Source of the DNA: Patescibacteria group bacterium
GTDB taxonomy: Bacteria; Patescibacteriota; Microgenomatia; UBA8517
Length of the DNA: 64,000 nucleotides
Assembly: GCA_035291665.1 (NCBI GenBank)
Contig: DATDRP010000006.1
Location: 145,255 to 209,254, forward strand
Direction of reading: 5' to 3'
Shown in pieces: positions 45,171 through 53,787 of this stretch (the first letter of the stretch is position 1; every line of letters begins with the position of its first letter). The translations under genes and the position numbers were made by a program. The notes beneath the pieces are model-generated. The model was not told the DNA's origin, did not search any database, and saw only the letters and a list, made by a program, of their open reading frames with translations.

Positions 45171-46121
45171 ATGAAGAAAAAATCTGCCCAATTTGGATTT
45201 GACGATATCCGGTCAAAATTAAAACTCAAAAACCTTGAACAGCGTCAGAAGATATTAAAAAAATACCCGAGCGTTGATAAAATATTTTCTGAAAGAGGAA
45301 TAGATATCGGCCGGATTCGGGAACATTCTGCAAGACTATTAGGTGCAGGAATTATAAGCGGAACTCTTCTTTTGGGACAACCCGATACAGCCCATACTCT
45401 CCCGGCTCCTGATTATACCGATCCAAAAGAGATTGAAAACGCCCTGGCGAGAATGAAAACAAAAAAAGAAGGCTTGGTCGAAACTTTGACAGCAATACTC
45501 CCGGCAACAGCAAGACCTTTAAACCGCAACGAAGAAAAAATGCTGGAAGGGGTATTTAAAAATTATATCGGAGTGGATGCAAGAGCCGGCCTTGAAGGCG
45601 AACATTTAAATCAAACCTATGGTTATATCGGCGCAGAACAGCATCTGATCCGATATCCGGGTGATTCAATTGTTAGTCACGGTGATCCGCAAATTCAGAG
45701 ATCCGGGATGGCTCCCGGTAAAGGCGCGTGGGGTTATTTTGCAAATTCAGCCTCGGTACTGACGGACAATCTATCCGAAACAGAGAAATGGTACGCTGTT
45801 GTACAAACTTTATATCTTCCGGACTGGGGAACAAGACAGCCATACTTGAAAAACTGGTACAAATACCGCAAAGTTTTAATCGTAAATACAAAAAACGGAA
45901 ATGCGGTTGTTGCAGCAATTGCTGATTCAGGCCCCGCCGCTTGGACAGGGAAACACTATGGGGGAAGTCCTGAAGTAATGTATCATCTTGGCGGACAAAA
46001 GTATAAAAAAGGTGCGGTAATTGTTTTTTTTGTTAACGATCCGGATAATAAAGTACCACTAGGCCCGGTTGAATATGAGGAAATTAATTTGAATTTGGTT
46101 GAAACAGAAATTGCAACATAA
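45171..46121 (+). CDS. Hypothetical secreted protein, possible RlpA-like double-psi beta-barrel C-domain
   Basis: C-terminal VLIVNTKNGNAVVAAIADSGPAAW..GGSPEVMYHLG resembles the DPBB pattern (weak, by eye). Confidence 0.5.
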   Translation: MKKKSAQFGFDDIRSKLKLKNLEQRQKILKKYPSVDKIFSERGIDIGRIREHSARLLGAGIISGTLLLGQPDTAHTLPAPDYTDPKEIENALARMKTKKEGLVETLTAILPATARPLNRNEEKMLEGVFKNYIGVDARAGLEGEHLNQTYGYIGAEQHLIRYPGDSIVSHGDPQIQRSGMAPGKGAWGYFANSASVLTDNLSETEKWYAVVQTLYLPDWGTRQPYLKNWYKYRKVLIVNTKNGNAVVAAIADSGPAAWTGKHYGGSPEVMYHLGGQKYKKGAVIVFFVNDPDNKVPLGPVEYEEINLNLVETEIAT

Positions 46122-46178
46122 GTTTATAAGCAGAATTTTTTACAATCGAGTATTAATGAGAGTGCCAAAGAATTTTAT

Positions 46179-46565
46179 ATGAGTAAAATTTTTTATGATG
46201 AATTTATTGATTTAGGAGACTTTCATATGCATCTAAAAAGTATGGTTCAGGATGATAATGAAAAAGAAGATTTATGGCATCTGGTGGATGAATTCATACA
46301 TCTTAGGATGATAGAAATTATTCTTGATAATTTACATGAAGATTTGCACGAAGAATTTCTGAGAATGTTTGGTGAGCGACCTTATGATGAATCATTGGTG
46401 ACATATCTTGACCAAAACATGGCTATCAAGTTTCCGATCCTTGTTGAGAACGAAATGGAATATCTCCAAAACGAATTATATGAGCATTTCGGAATTCAAA
46501 AGCCGGTTAAACTTCCGGTGAAAAAGAAGAAAAAGAAAACGTCGAAAACTACTTCGAAAGCTTGA
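46179..46565 (+). CDS. Hypothetical acidic protein with Lys-rich tail
   Basis: 128-aa ORF, no family. Confidence 0.5.
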   Translation: MSKIFYDEFIDLGDFHMHLKSMVQDDNEKEDLWHLVDEFIHLRMIEIILDNLHEDLHEEFLRMFGERPYDESLVTYLDQNMAIKFPILVENEMEYLQNELYEHFGIQKPVKLPVKKKKKKTSKTTSKA

Positions 46566-47193
46566 TGAAGTGTTCTTTTTTAAGTTCTTCGTTGTGGTTT
46601 TTCAGATATTTTTCTCCATCGAACATTTGGCTTTTGTGCGCCATAATTGTCTGTTTTTTCTTCTCATAATAATCACTGATATCAACAGTGTAATTGATTT
46701 CGTGAAGTCCGTATCCGGGAGGGAAATAAATAAAATATTTTCCTTCGAGAGCTCTTTGAGCTTTATTCAGACAAAAGTAGAGCAGAGTCTTCAGTCTTCT
46801 GCTGCGTTCGAAAACAAATGTTGAAACCATACTGACTGCAATGTGGTCAATGTGACCCGATACCCCCCTGGGTTCGAAAGTGATAAGGGTATCAGATTTC
46901 GTTACATTAACTTTTTCCTGAATTTTGGCCGCTAATTTATGATAGTTTTTATTGCACAAACAGCCGTCCTCAAAATTGAAAAAGAAAACTTTTTTTACTC
47001 CCATTATCCTTGCTGAATTCCGGAGTTCTGCGGATCTTCTTTTCCGTAAGTTTTTGTATTTTGATTGTTGACCTCCGCCCCGTGTCACACAAACAAGATA
47101 GACATCATTAATTTTGCTTAATTTTGACAAAGTTCCGGATGGGCCAAAAGCCTCATCATCGGGGTGAGCAAATACGGCTAAAATATTTCCCAT
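46549..47193 (-). CDS. PIG-L/LmbE-family deacetylase
   Basis: N-terminal ILAVFAHPDDEAFG, and a later HIDH motif. Confidence 0.85.
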   Translation of the reverse strand: MGNILAVFAHPDDEAFGPSGTLSKLSKINDVYLVCVTRGGGQQSKYKNLRKRRSAELRNSARIMGVKKVFFFNFEDGCLCNKNYHKLAAKIQEKVNVTKSDTLITFEPRGVSGHIDHIAVSMVSTFVFERSRRLKTLLYFCLNKAQRALEGKYFIYFPPGYGLHEINYTVDISDYYEKKKQTIMAHKSQMFDGEKYLKNHNEELKKEHFIKLSK

Positions 47194-47229
47194 TTTTTAA
47201 AAGAGGTTATTATTTTAATGCAAAACGGA

Positions 47230-47709
47230 TTATTTTTGAAGCGGGACTTCGGAAATGTTGATCTGGTAAGTTTTCACATCCTGGGGTGAAATGTTGGTCT
47301 CCCACGGTTTTTTGTATTCAAAACGGATTTCTGATTTTCCGCTTTTAAGAATTTCGAATTCAAAGTACTGGGTACCGCCGGAGCCCACCAGCTTTTCATT
47401 ACCTTTTGCTAAATAAGTATTATTAAGAAGCTTAAAATAACTTTTATCAAAATTAACCTGCCATTGATATCCCGTTGAAGGATCAGTATAAAGTGCAAGT
47501 TTTAGTGGTTTTCCGAACTCAACAAAAACAGGGATCTCGGATGAAGCAGCCGGAGTTGGGGTTATTTCGATCCGGTTGGCAGTTGACACAGATTCCCGTG
47601 GCTGAGTTTTTTTTGAAACCGCGGCCTGGTAAACAATTAAAGTAAGTATAAGGAGTACAATAATTCCCCCAGGAATGGCAAAGATCAGGATGTGTTTTTT
47701 CTGCAGCAT
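47230..47709 (-). CDS. Chagasin-like (I42) cysteine-peptidase inhibitor, membrane anchored
   Basis: N-terminal TM. Motifs DPSTGYQW, GSGGTQYFEF and KKPWE match the three chagasin-family loops. Confidence 0.7.
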   Translation of the reverse strand: MLQKKHILIFAIPGGIIVLLILTLIVYQAAVSKKTQPRESVSTANRIEITPTPAASSEIPVFVEFGKPLKLALYTDPSTGYQWQVNFDKSYFKLLNNTYLAKGNEKLVGSGGTQYFEFEILKSGKSEIRFEYKKPWETNISPQDVKTYQINISEVPLQK

Positions 47710-47765
47710 ATTCCATTATACAAACGGATTACAAATTTTGTAAATGAAGGAACCTAATTTAGTTT

Positions 47766-48446
47766 TCAAAAAGGTATTTCCCCTTGTTTGACTGAATCCT
47801 CATGAGTCAACTCTTCCCCAATATGACGATAGTTGCACCATTTACAGTTGTTACTTTCTTTGGGGGGAGGCTCTTTTAAAAGCTGGTCGATTTCTTTCAT
47901 GAATCCATGAAATTGATCCATATCCGGTTTGATTTCCAACCAGGTGGGTGGAAAGTCCAGTTTTGCAATTCCGTTTTCAAAACTTACGCTTTCGGGGTAA
48001 AAAATCAAAAGTGCCGTTTTGGAAATCGTTATTGCTGATCCCCGTCTTGGATTTTCGAGAGCAAATTTATATGCCGAGAGCTGGGTTTTGTATTTTTCTG
48101 CTTTTCCGTCATCAGGGGTGCTGATTTTCAGATCTATCAATGAATAGGTTTTATCCGGGTTTTCCAAAAGAAGGTCATACTTGCCTTTGATGTAGACACT
48201 TGTTTGGGGAACAACAATTGACTCGACCCAACCCTCCTGAGATACTATATTTCCTTCCGGAAGCGTATCTGATAGGGATTTAAGGTTTTTTCCCACCAGA
48301 CTTCCCTGAATCTGAGTGTTAATAGCGGAAAATACTCCCGGCATCGGCATTGAAGGCTGATAAATATTGTGGACGACTTTCAGGTAGTAGCAAAGTTTAC
48401 ATTCCTCATATAAGTAAGCGAAATCGGAAGGCGATAGTTTATACAT
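47766..48446 (-). CDS. PD-(D/E)XK nuclease-fold protein (Cas4/RecB-like), with Cys pairs at both ends
   Basis: N-terminal CKLC, core YDLL...IDLKIS, C-terminal CKWC. No CRISPR array or cas genes in the window. Confidence 0.6.
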   Translation of the reverse strand: MYKLSPSDFAYLYEECKLCYYLKVVHNIYQPSMPMPGVFSAINTQIQGSLVGKNLKSLSDTLPEGNIVSQEGWVESIVVPQTSVYIKGKYDLLLENPDKTYSLIDLKISTPDDGKAEKYKTQLSAYKFALENPRRGSAITISKTALLIFYPESVSFENGIAKLDFPPTWLEIKPDMDQFHGFMKEIDQLLKEPPPKESNNCKWCNYRHIGEELTHEDSVKQGEIPF

Positions 48447-48507
48447 TACATCTCACATTATACAGCTTTAATAAAATATACATCCCACAAGTAAATTATA
48501 TGAAGGC

Positions 48508-49272
48508 TCACTTTAAGTCACTAAGTTTGGATCTTAACTTGGGAGGCAGCTTTCTGGATCCTTCCCGAAAAGACAATCCTGACATTTTATTTTTGTTGTT
48601 TTTTAAGAAATTGTAAACAGTTTCGGGAGATTTTGCGGACATATCCCGAAGGGTCCAGCCGATTGCTTTTCTGATAAAAAATTTGGCTCTTTTATTAACT
48701 AAAGTACCCTTATAAATCTTATCAATCCACAATTCATCAAATTGTGATTGTGCCATTTGAAAAAATAAATCCTTCCTTCCTCCTTTTCCGCTTCTGAAAA
48801 GAAGGAGTTGGGAAAGAAGTGCGCTTCGCCTGACCCAATAATCATCATCTTTGATCCATTTTAGTAAATATTCATAAACCGATTTATGTTTTTGTAATAT
48901 ACCGGGCATTAAAGGAATAATGAGACTATCCAGGAGCGCCCAACCCCGCGATTGCCTCATCATTTTTTCAATTAACGGTAAATCACTTTTATTCAGTTCG
49001 TTTGAATGAAGTTCAAGTATTTCAAGAGCGAGTGTTTTTTCTTCAAATGAAGGTTGGTTCCATAAATATTTTACAAATACAATAGCTTCTTTTTTATTCA
49101 GAGATAATAGAAAATCTTTATGCTTCAAGTAATATTCATGCCTTTTATTTGAACCCACCCCGTAATGTTTCAAATCCGAGTAAAGATATGCTTTTTCCTT
49201 GACAGCTCTTTCGGAATTAAAATTATCATTAAGAAACTTTTTGTATATTTTATGGAATTCATTCTTGTTCAT
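48508..49272 (-). CDS. DNA alkylation repair protein (AlkD-like HEAT repeat)
   Basis: Size and helical-repeat pattern, ending in RKAIGWTLRD..., typical of this family. Confidence 0.7.
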   Translation of the reverse strand: MNKNEFHKIYKKFLNDNFNSERAVKEKAYLYSDLKHYGVGSNKRHEYYLKHKDFLLSLNKKEAIVFVKYLWNQPSFEEKTLALEILELHSNELNKSDLPLIEKMMRQSRGWALLDSLIIPLMPGILQKHKSVYEYLLKWIKDDDYWVRRSALLSQLLLFRSGKGGRKDLFFQMAQSQFDELWIDKIYKGTLVNKRAKFFIRKAIGWTLRDMSAKSPETVYNFLKNNKNKMSGLSFREGSRKLPPKLRSKLSDLK

Positions 49273-49351
49273 GCTTACCTATTTTACCTTTCCTGAATTG
49301 ATTGTAAACAATAATATAGTAATAATAATTATAGTGTCATATAATGTCTGA

Positions 49352-50494
49352 GTGAAAAAAGATCTTGCCGGAAAAACACTTCTCCTACACGCAAAGTTTG
49401 CAGGTAAACTCGGAACTCAAGTTTTGACGCCCATCAGAACAAAAGACGATTTGAGTTTGGTGTATACACCCGGTGTTGCGTCAGTTTCTTCCGAAATCGC
49501 GAAGCATCCGGAAAAAATATATAAATATACGATAAAAAGCCACACAGTTGCTGTTGTCAGTGATGGATCGGCCGTCTTGGGGTTGGGCGATATTGGAGCC
49601 GCTGCGGCGATACCTGTAATGGAAGGCAAGTGCGCCCTTTTTAAGACTTTTGCAGGACTTGATGCGTTTCCGATTTGTTTGACTACACAAAATCCAAAGG
49701 AGATTATAAGTATTGTAAAAAATATTTCTCCCGTTTTCGGAGCAATTAATTTGGAGGACATTTCTGCTCCCCGTTGTTTTGAGATTGAGGAAGCTCTTCA
49801 GAATATCGGGATTCCTGTTATGCATGACGATCAGCATGGGACTGCGGTTGTTGTTCTTGCTGGACTTATAAATGCATTAAAAGTCGCAGGTAAAAAGATG
49901 AATCAGATAAAAGTGGTTCTTCTCGGGGCGGGAGCTGCAGGAAATGCGATTGCGAATTTTTTGTCCGATAAGGTGAAGGAGTTGGTTGTTGTTGACAGCC
50001 GGGGGATTATCTCAAAAAAAAGAAGCGATCTGGATAAATATAAAAAAAGACTACTAAGGTTTTCTAACAGGAAAAATGTTTCAGGAAGCCTGGCTGATGC
50101 TTTGCCTGGAGCTGATGTTTTTATCGGTGTTTCAAGAGGAGGGCTTTTTGAGCCCGGTTTTGTGAAGTTGATGAATGAAAAATCAATAATTTTTGCTCTT
50201 GCCAATCCTACCCCTGAAATTATGCCGGAAATTGCACATAAAGCCGGTGCATTTATTGTTGCCAGCGGCCGGAGCGACTACCCAAACCAAATTAACAATT
50301 CACTCGCTTTTCCGGGGATTTTTAAAGGGACATTAATTTCCGGTGCTTCAAGAATCACGCGGGAAATGAAAGAAAGCGCAGCAGTCGCTTTATCCCGGTT
50401 GGTTAAAAATCCTACAAGAGAAAAAATAATTCCCGGACCTTTTGATAAAGGTGTGGTGGAAGTAGTTTCCAGGGCAGTTATAAACGCATCCTAG
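49352..50494 (+). CDS. NAD(P)-dependent malic enzyme (short form)
   Basis: VYTPGVA, DGSAVLGLGDIG, FGAINLEDI and the Rossmann GAGAAG. GTG start. Confidence 0.88.
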   Translation: MKKDLAGKTLLLHAKFAGKLGTQVLTPIRTKDDLSLVYTPGVASVSSEIAKHPEKIYKYTIKSHTVAVVSDGSAVLGLGDIGAAAAIPVMEGKCALFKTFAGLDAFPICLTTQNPKEIISIVKNISPVFGAINLEDISAPRCFEIEEALQNIGIPVMHDDQHGTAVVVLAGLINALKVAGKKMNQIKVVLLGAGAAGNAIANFLSDKVKELVVVDSRGIISKKRSDLDKYKKRLLRFSNRKNVSGSLADALPGADVFIGVSRGGLFEPGFVKLMNEKSIIFALANPTPEIMPEIAHKAGAFIVASGRSDYPNQINNSLAFPGIFKGTLISGASRITREMKESAAVALSRLVKNPTREKIIPGPFDKGVVEVVSRAVINAS

Positions 50495-50524
50495 GCGACT
50501 TTATTATTAAAAGACTTTTTGTTT

Positions 50525-50800
50525 TCAACTTGTTATGTTTTTTTGAACCCGTAGGATTTTTTTGCGGGTAATAATAATGTTGGTAAGAACTATTGCTGAG
50601 TAAACTACTCCGGAAATGCAGACTTTTACTATGTTTGCATGTGTTGTTATTGTCAGGAGAGCACCGCTTGCAAGAGTAGCCAAAAAAGCAATCCCGGTAA
50701 CAAAAACCTTTCTATTTGATGGTGTTATCGATGTGTAAAACGAATACAAAACACTGGTCAATGCCAAAAAGATATGAATGATTAACATGCACCAAAACAA
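50525..50800 (-). CDS. Small hypothetical membrane protein
   Basis: 91 aa with three TM helices. Confidence 0.4.
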   Translation of the reverse strand: MFWCMLIIHIFLALTSVLYSFYTSITPSNRKVFVTGIAFLATLASGALLTITTHANIVKVCISGVVYSAIVLTNIIITRKKILRVQKNITS

Positions 50801-50874
50801 ACCTTCAGATTAACGTTATATATTCTATCATTTTTCTTATATTTCGATACAATATATCTACATTTTTAACTCAT

Positions 50875-51258
50875 ATGCAAACAGGATCTGAACTTTGTAA
50901 AATATGCCCTATTAATGAGAGCTGCAGTTCAGATCTTAACCCTGAAAGTGCAACAAAAAGGAGGCTTGTCATTAATAATCCCTGGAACTGCCGGCATCTG
51001 ACGTGTCCTGCAGGCGTTGAAGAAGCCAAAAAGGAAAAGTCGCGTTTAAGATCTAAAAATATATTTTTTGGTTATGCCTACTTTTCGTCAAAGGACAAAC
51101 CAAGTGTCAGAAGATTTGATATGAAGTTGGGTATTATCGAATCATTTCAGGATGGACAGTGGCATTCAACAGGTCAGTCAATCTATAAAAATTATATTGT
51201 TGATAGAAAAAACTATCCATATAAAAGAATCAGGAATTTCAGTGTGAAGAAAACTTAA
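50875..51258 (+). CDS. Hypothetical Cys-containing basic protein
   Basis: 127-aa ORF. N-terminal CKIC...C...C..C cysteines. No family. Confidence 0.45.
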   Translation: MQTGSELCKICPINESCSSDLNPESATKRRLVINNPWNCRHLTCPAGVEEAKKEKSRLRSKNIFFGYAYFSSKDKPSVRRFDMKLGIIESFQDGQWHSTGQSIYKNYIVDRKNYPYKRIRNFSVKKT

Positions 51259-51323
51259 AACTAAATACCCACTTCCCACAACTCATTTCCTATTTCTTTC
51301 CCCTTTTCTCTATTAGCTAATTT
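51259..51323 (+). repeat. G-depleted intergenic mosaic element (short copy)
   Basis: 1 G in 65 nt. 51278-51314 matches 59601-59637 at 33 of 37 positions. Confidence 0.8.
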
Positions 51324-51776
51324 TTAATCCCTGACTTTTGTCTTTTCTATATCTTCTTCGCTCATGCCGAAATGGTGGGCGATTTCGTGAATAACGGTAT
51401 TTTTGATATTAACAACTGCGTTTTCATAACTATTAGAAATCCGAAGAAGGGGAATTTTAAAGATTGTGATCTTATCAGGGAGCGGTCCGCCGATGCCATA
51501 GTTTCTTCTTTTTGTCTGGGGTATTCCTTCATACAAACCAAGAAGTAATCCTCTGCCTTGGTTTCTCCCGACAAGGTTCATTTGCGATACCGTCGGCCAG
51601 TCAGCAATTACAATTGCCACATTTTCCATTTTGTCTTTGAACTCCTGAGGAAGTTCTTTCAGCGCCTGATCGATAATTTTCCCAAACTCCTGATCATCCA
51701 TGAAGGAAATTATATTTAATCCCAAGCTTAACGGCAAGGAAGGTTCATCGCTGAAGACCAATTCGGCGGCTTTCAT
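51324..51776 (-). CDS. Small zinc metallopeptidase-like protein (HExxH, DUF1025-like)
   Basis: HEIAHHFG motif near the C-terminus. The true start may be the internal Met (MDDQEFGKII). Confidence 0.65.
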   Translation of the reverse strand: MKAAELVFSDEPSLPLSLGLNIISFMDDQEFGKIIDQALKELPQEFKDKMENVAIVIADWPTVSQMNLVGRNQGRGLLLGLYEGIPQTKRRNYGIGGPLPDKITIFKIPLLRISNSYENAVVNIKNTVIHEIAHHFGMSEEDIEKTKVRD

Positions 51777-51826
51777 AAATTTCCTATATTTGATTCTGCG
51801 AAGGAGGTTGTGGATAATGAAGTATT

Positions 51827-53065
51827 ATGGACGAAGCCGGGGATAACATTACTGGAAGTCATATCTCAAGAAGAGATTTTTTGAATATGGGAGTATTGGG
51901 TTTGGCATCAATTGCTACTGGTAAAAAATTGGTGAATACCATTAATTATCTCGCTGACGCATTAGGTGATAAAGTTGAAGAATCGGGAATTAATAACAAG
52001 CTCCATGAAGTTTTGAAAATTGTTCAGGAAAATTCAAAGATGATTGTTAATTTTTCTGACAAATATGGTATCCCACCGGAAGTTTTGGCGACAGTTGTGT
52101 CTATGGAACATTTGATTATTTTAACCGGTAAAACGAAAAAAGATGGATATGCGATAGGTATTTCGGAATCAGATTCCATAAAAGGATTTACTGATTTAAT
52201 CGAGAAAGAAATTCACCCCGATAAAGCCAATATAGGATTGTGTCAAGTAAATCTTCAGGATGCAATCAATTTTGAAGACCGATTGGTTGGAAAAGATGCG
52301 TTTCCTGATGCGGATAAGCAAAAAAGAGAACAAACGACTTATGAGAGGCTGGAATCTCCTTGGTGGAACATGGTGTATTTTTCAGAAATGCTTAAAAAAG
52401 AGGCCGCTGATACCGGAAAAACTATTACAGACAAACAAGCAGCAACCCAGTTTATCAGAGAAAAATACAATGACGACTCTCATAAGTTAAAAATATTTAA
52501 TGAACTACTGGATGTATATTCAAACTTTTTTCAGGATAAGAAACCGGATGAAAAATTTAAGAGGTGTTCACTCGAAGAAGCGATAAGTGTTTGGAATGAA
52601 TACCCAGAGTATTCACATTTATTCCGAAGTGTTTGGCCTGTTGAATACTTTGTAGTTCATCATACTGCAGGTAAATATCACACTGAGTCGATAATCACAG
52701 CGGAACACATTGCCAAAGGTTTTGGTGACATTGGTTATAACGGAATTATCGGGAATGGCGAACTTACAAGCGACGGTAAATTTTATCCTGGGAGAAGTAC
52801 AAAAAAAGAAGGTGCGCATACTTTGAGCTACAACAAAAAGTCCATCGGTGTTGCTTTGGTCGGGGATTTCAATATAACTGAACCCACAACGCTACAACTG
52901 GATTCATTAAGGAAAGCCATTATTGCCAGTTCTGCAATTTATGAGATTGATCCTTTCAAAGTAGTTGGCCACAGAGAACTAAATGATACGCAGTGTCCGG
53001 GAAATAATTTTACAACTGATAAATTCAAAAGACCGGTAGATGTGGCCGCAGGGAAAATAGTATAG
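51827..53065 (+). CDS. Secreted N-acetylmuramoyl-L-alanine amidase (Amidase_2/PGRP fold) with additional N-terminal domain
   Basis: Tat-like SRRDFLNMGVLGLAS. The C-terminal FVVHHTAG...GYNGIIG...AHTLSYNKKSIGVALVGDF...GHRELNDTQCPG is amidase_2. The N-domain contains GLCQVN (SLT-like, weak). Confidence 0.8.
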   Translation: MDEAGDNITGSHISRRDFLNMGVLGLASIATGKKLVNTINYLADALGDKVEESGINNKLHEVLKIVQENSKMIVNFSDKYGIPPEVLATVVSMEHLIILTGKTKKDGYAIGISESDSIKGFTDLIEKEIHPDKANIGLCQVNLQDAINFEDRLVGKDAFPDADKQKREQTTYERLESPWWNMVYFSEMLKKEAADTGKTITDKQAATQFIREKYNDDSHKLKIFNELLDVYSNFFQDKKPDEKFKRCSLEEAISVWNEYPEYSHLFRSVWPVEYFVVHHTAGKYHTESIITAEHIAKGFGDIGYNGIIGNGELTSDGKFYPGRSTKKEGAHTLSYNKKSIGVALVGDFNITEPTTLQLDSLRKAIIASSAIYEIDPFKVVGHRELNDTQCPGNNFTTDKFKRPVDVAAGKIV

Positions 53066-53200
53066 AAAAACTTAACTCCAAATAACTTAATTTCTATTTT
53101 TCCCTTTCCCACTACTCACATCCCACTTCCCATCACCTACCCCCTACAACCTATCTCCTACCGCTTACAATCCACTTTTTATCTCCATTCATCTATATTT
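53066..53200 (+). repeat. G-depleted intergenic mosaic element
   Basis: 1 G (53163) in 135 nt. Contains the 21-mer 53106-53126 shared, inverted, with 713-733. Confidence 0.85.
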
Positions 53201-53205
53201 GTAGC

Positions 53206-53243
53206 TTTCGGATGGCGTACAATACCAGCATTATGCAGGAAAA
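53206..53243 (+). promoter_or_regulatory. 38-bp conserved 5' module, copy 1 (contains TACAAT 53218-53223 and ATG 53233)
   Basis: Identical to 53517-53554 at 34 of 38 positions. Confidence 0.6.
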
Positions 53244-53526
53244 TGAAAAACCATCAATTTGTCAACGGAACTTTATGCTGGATTGCAAGCCCGGCTGTCC
53301 TCTTTATGCTTATTCCAAGAATTCCGTTCAAACTTTGGCGGATCAACACGGAGTGACTTTTGATGAAGCAATAAAAAAGATCCGAAGTATGCGCTTTGAT
53401 CAACAAGTGCAGATTCTGGCTTTAATAAAGGGTGGTTTACAATCCGTAAAAGAGAAGAGGGGGATTGTTTTGGAATGCGATAATGAGAAAAATGGGTTAA
53501 TTTCGGACCATTTTGGTTTCGGATAG
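53233..53526 (+). CDS. Hypothetical small protein (97 aa from ATG 53233, or 104 aa from 53212)
   Basis: ORF with CQRNFMLDCKPGC. The start is chosen by analogy with the duplicated module. No family. Confidence 0.45.
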   Translation: MQENEKPSICQRNFMLDCKPGCPLYAYSKNSVQTLADQHGVTFDEAIKKIRSMRFDQQVQILALIKGGLQSVKEKRGIVLECDNEKNGLISDHFGFG

Positions 53527-53554
53527 CGTACAATACCATCATCATGCCGGAAAA
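53517..53554 (+). promoter_or_regulatory. 38-bp conserved 5' module, copy 2 (TACAAT 53529-53534, ATG 53544)
   Basis: Same TACAAT-to-ATG spacing as copy 1. Overlaps the stop codon of the upstream ORF. Confidence 0.6.
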
Positions 53555-53786
53555 GTGGTTTCGAAGGGTAGAAAATTTGGCAATTATTCCAGTAATAGGT
53601 GGTGATTTACCGGGTATGTATAGGGAGTTTCCACCTGAACTTCATGATGCTTTTGAGGAAGGTAAAAAAGCACTGGTTCCCGGTGAACAGTCTTATATAT
53701 CTATGAGGGGTCCTGTAAAGTATGGTGGTTTTGAAAGCAAAGTATTCATCGTTTCGAAGATCACTCTCGTAAAAGTTGCAGGGTGA
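53544..53786 (+). CDS. Hypothetical small protein (80 aa)
   Basis: ORF immediately after module copy 2. No family, and no similarity to the neighbouring small ORF. Confidence 0.45.
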   Translation: MPEKWFRRVENLAIIPVIGGDLPGMYREFPPELHDAFEEGKKALVPGEQSYISMRGPVKYGGFESKVFIVSKITLVKVAG

Positions 53787-53787
53787 G

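Noticed and set aside
53212-53232. Upstream ATG (53212) as the start of the first small ORF, giving a shared N-terminal peptide MAYNTSIM with the second ORF
   Set aside because: In copy 2 the corresponding codon is ATA, and an in-frame stop of ORF 1 overlaps it. Most substitutions between the two copies are non-synonymous in that frame. The 38-bp conservation is therefore more likely a nucleic-acid-level signal than a conserved peptide.
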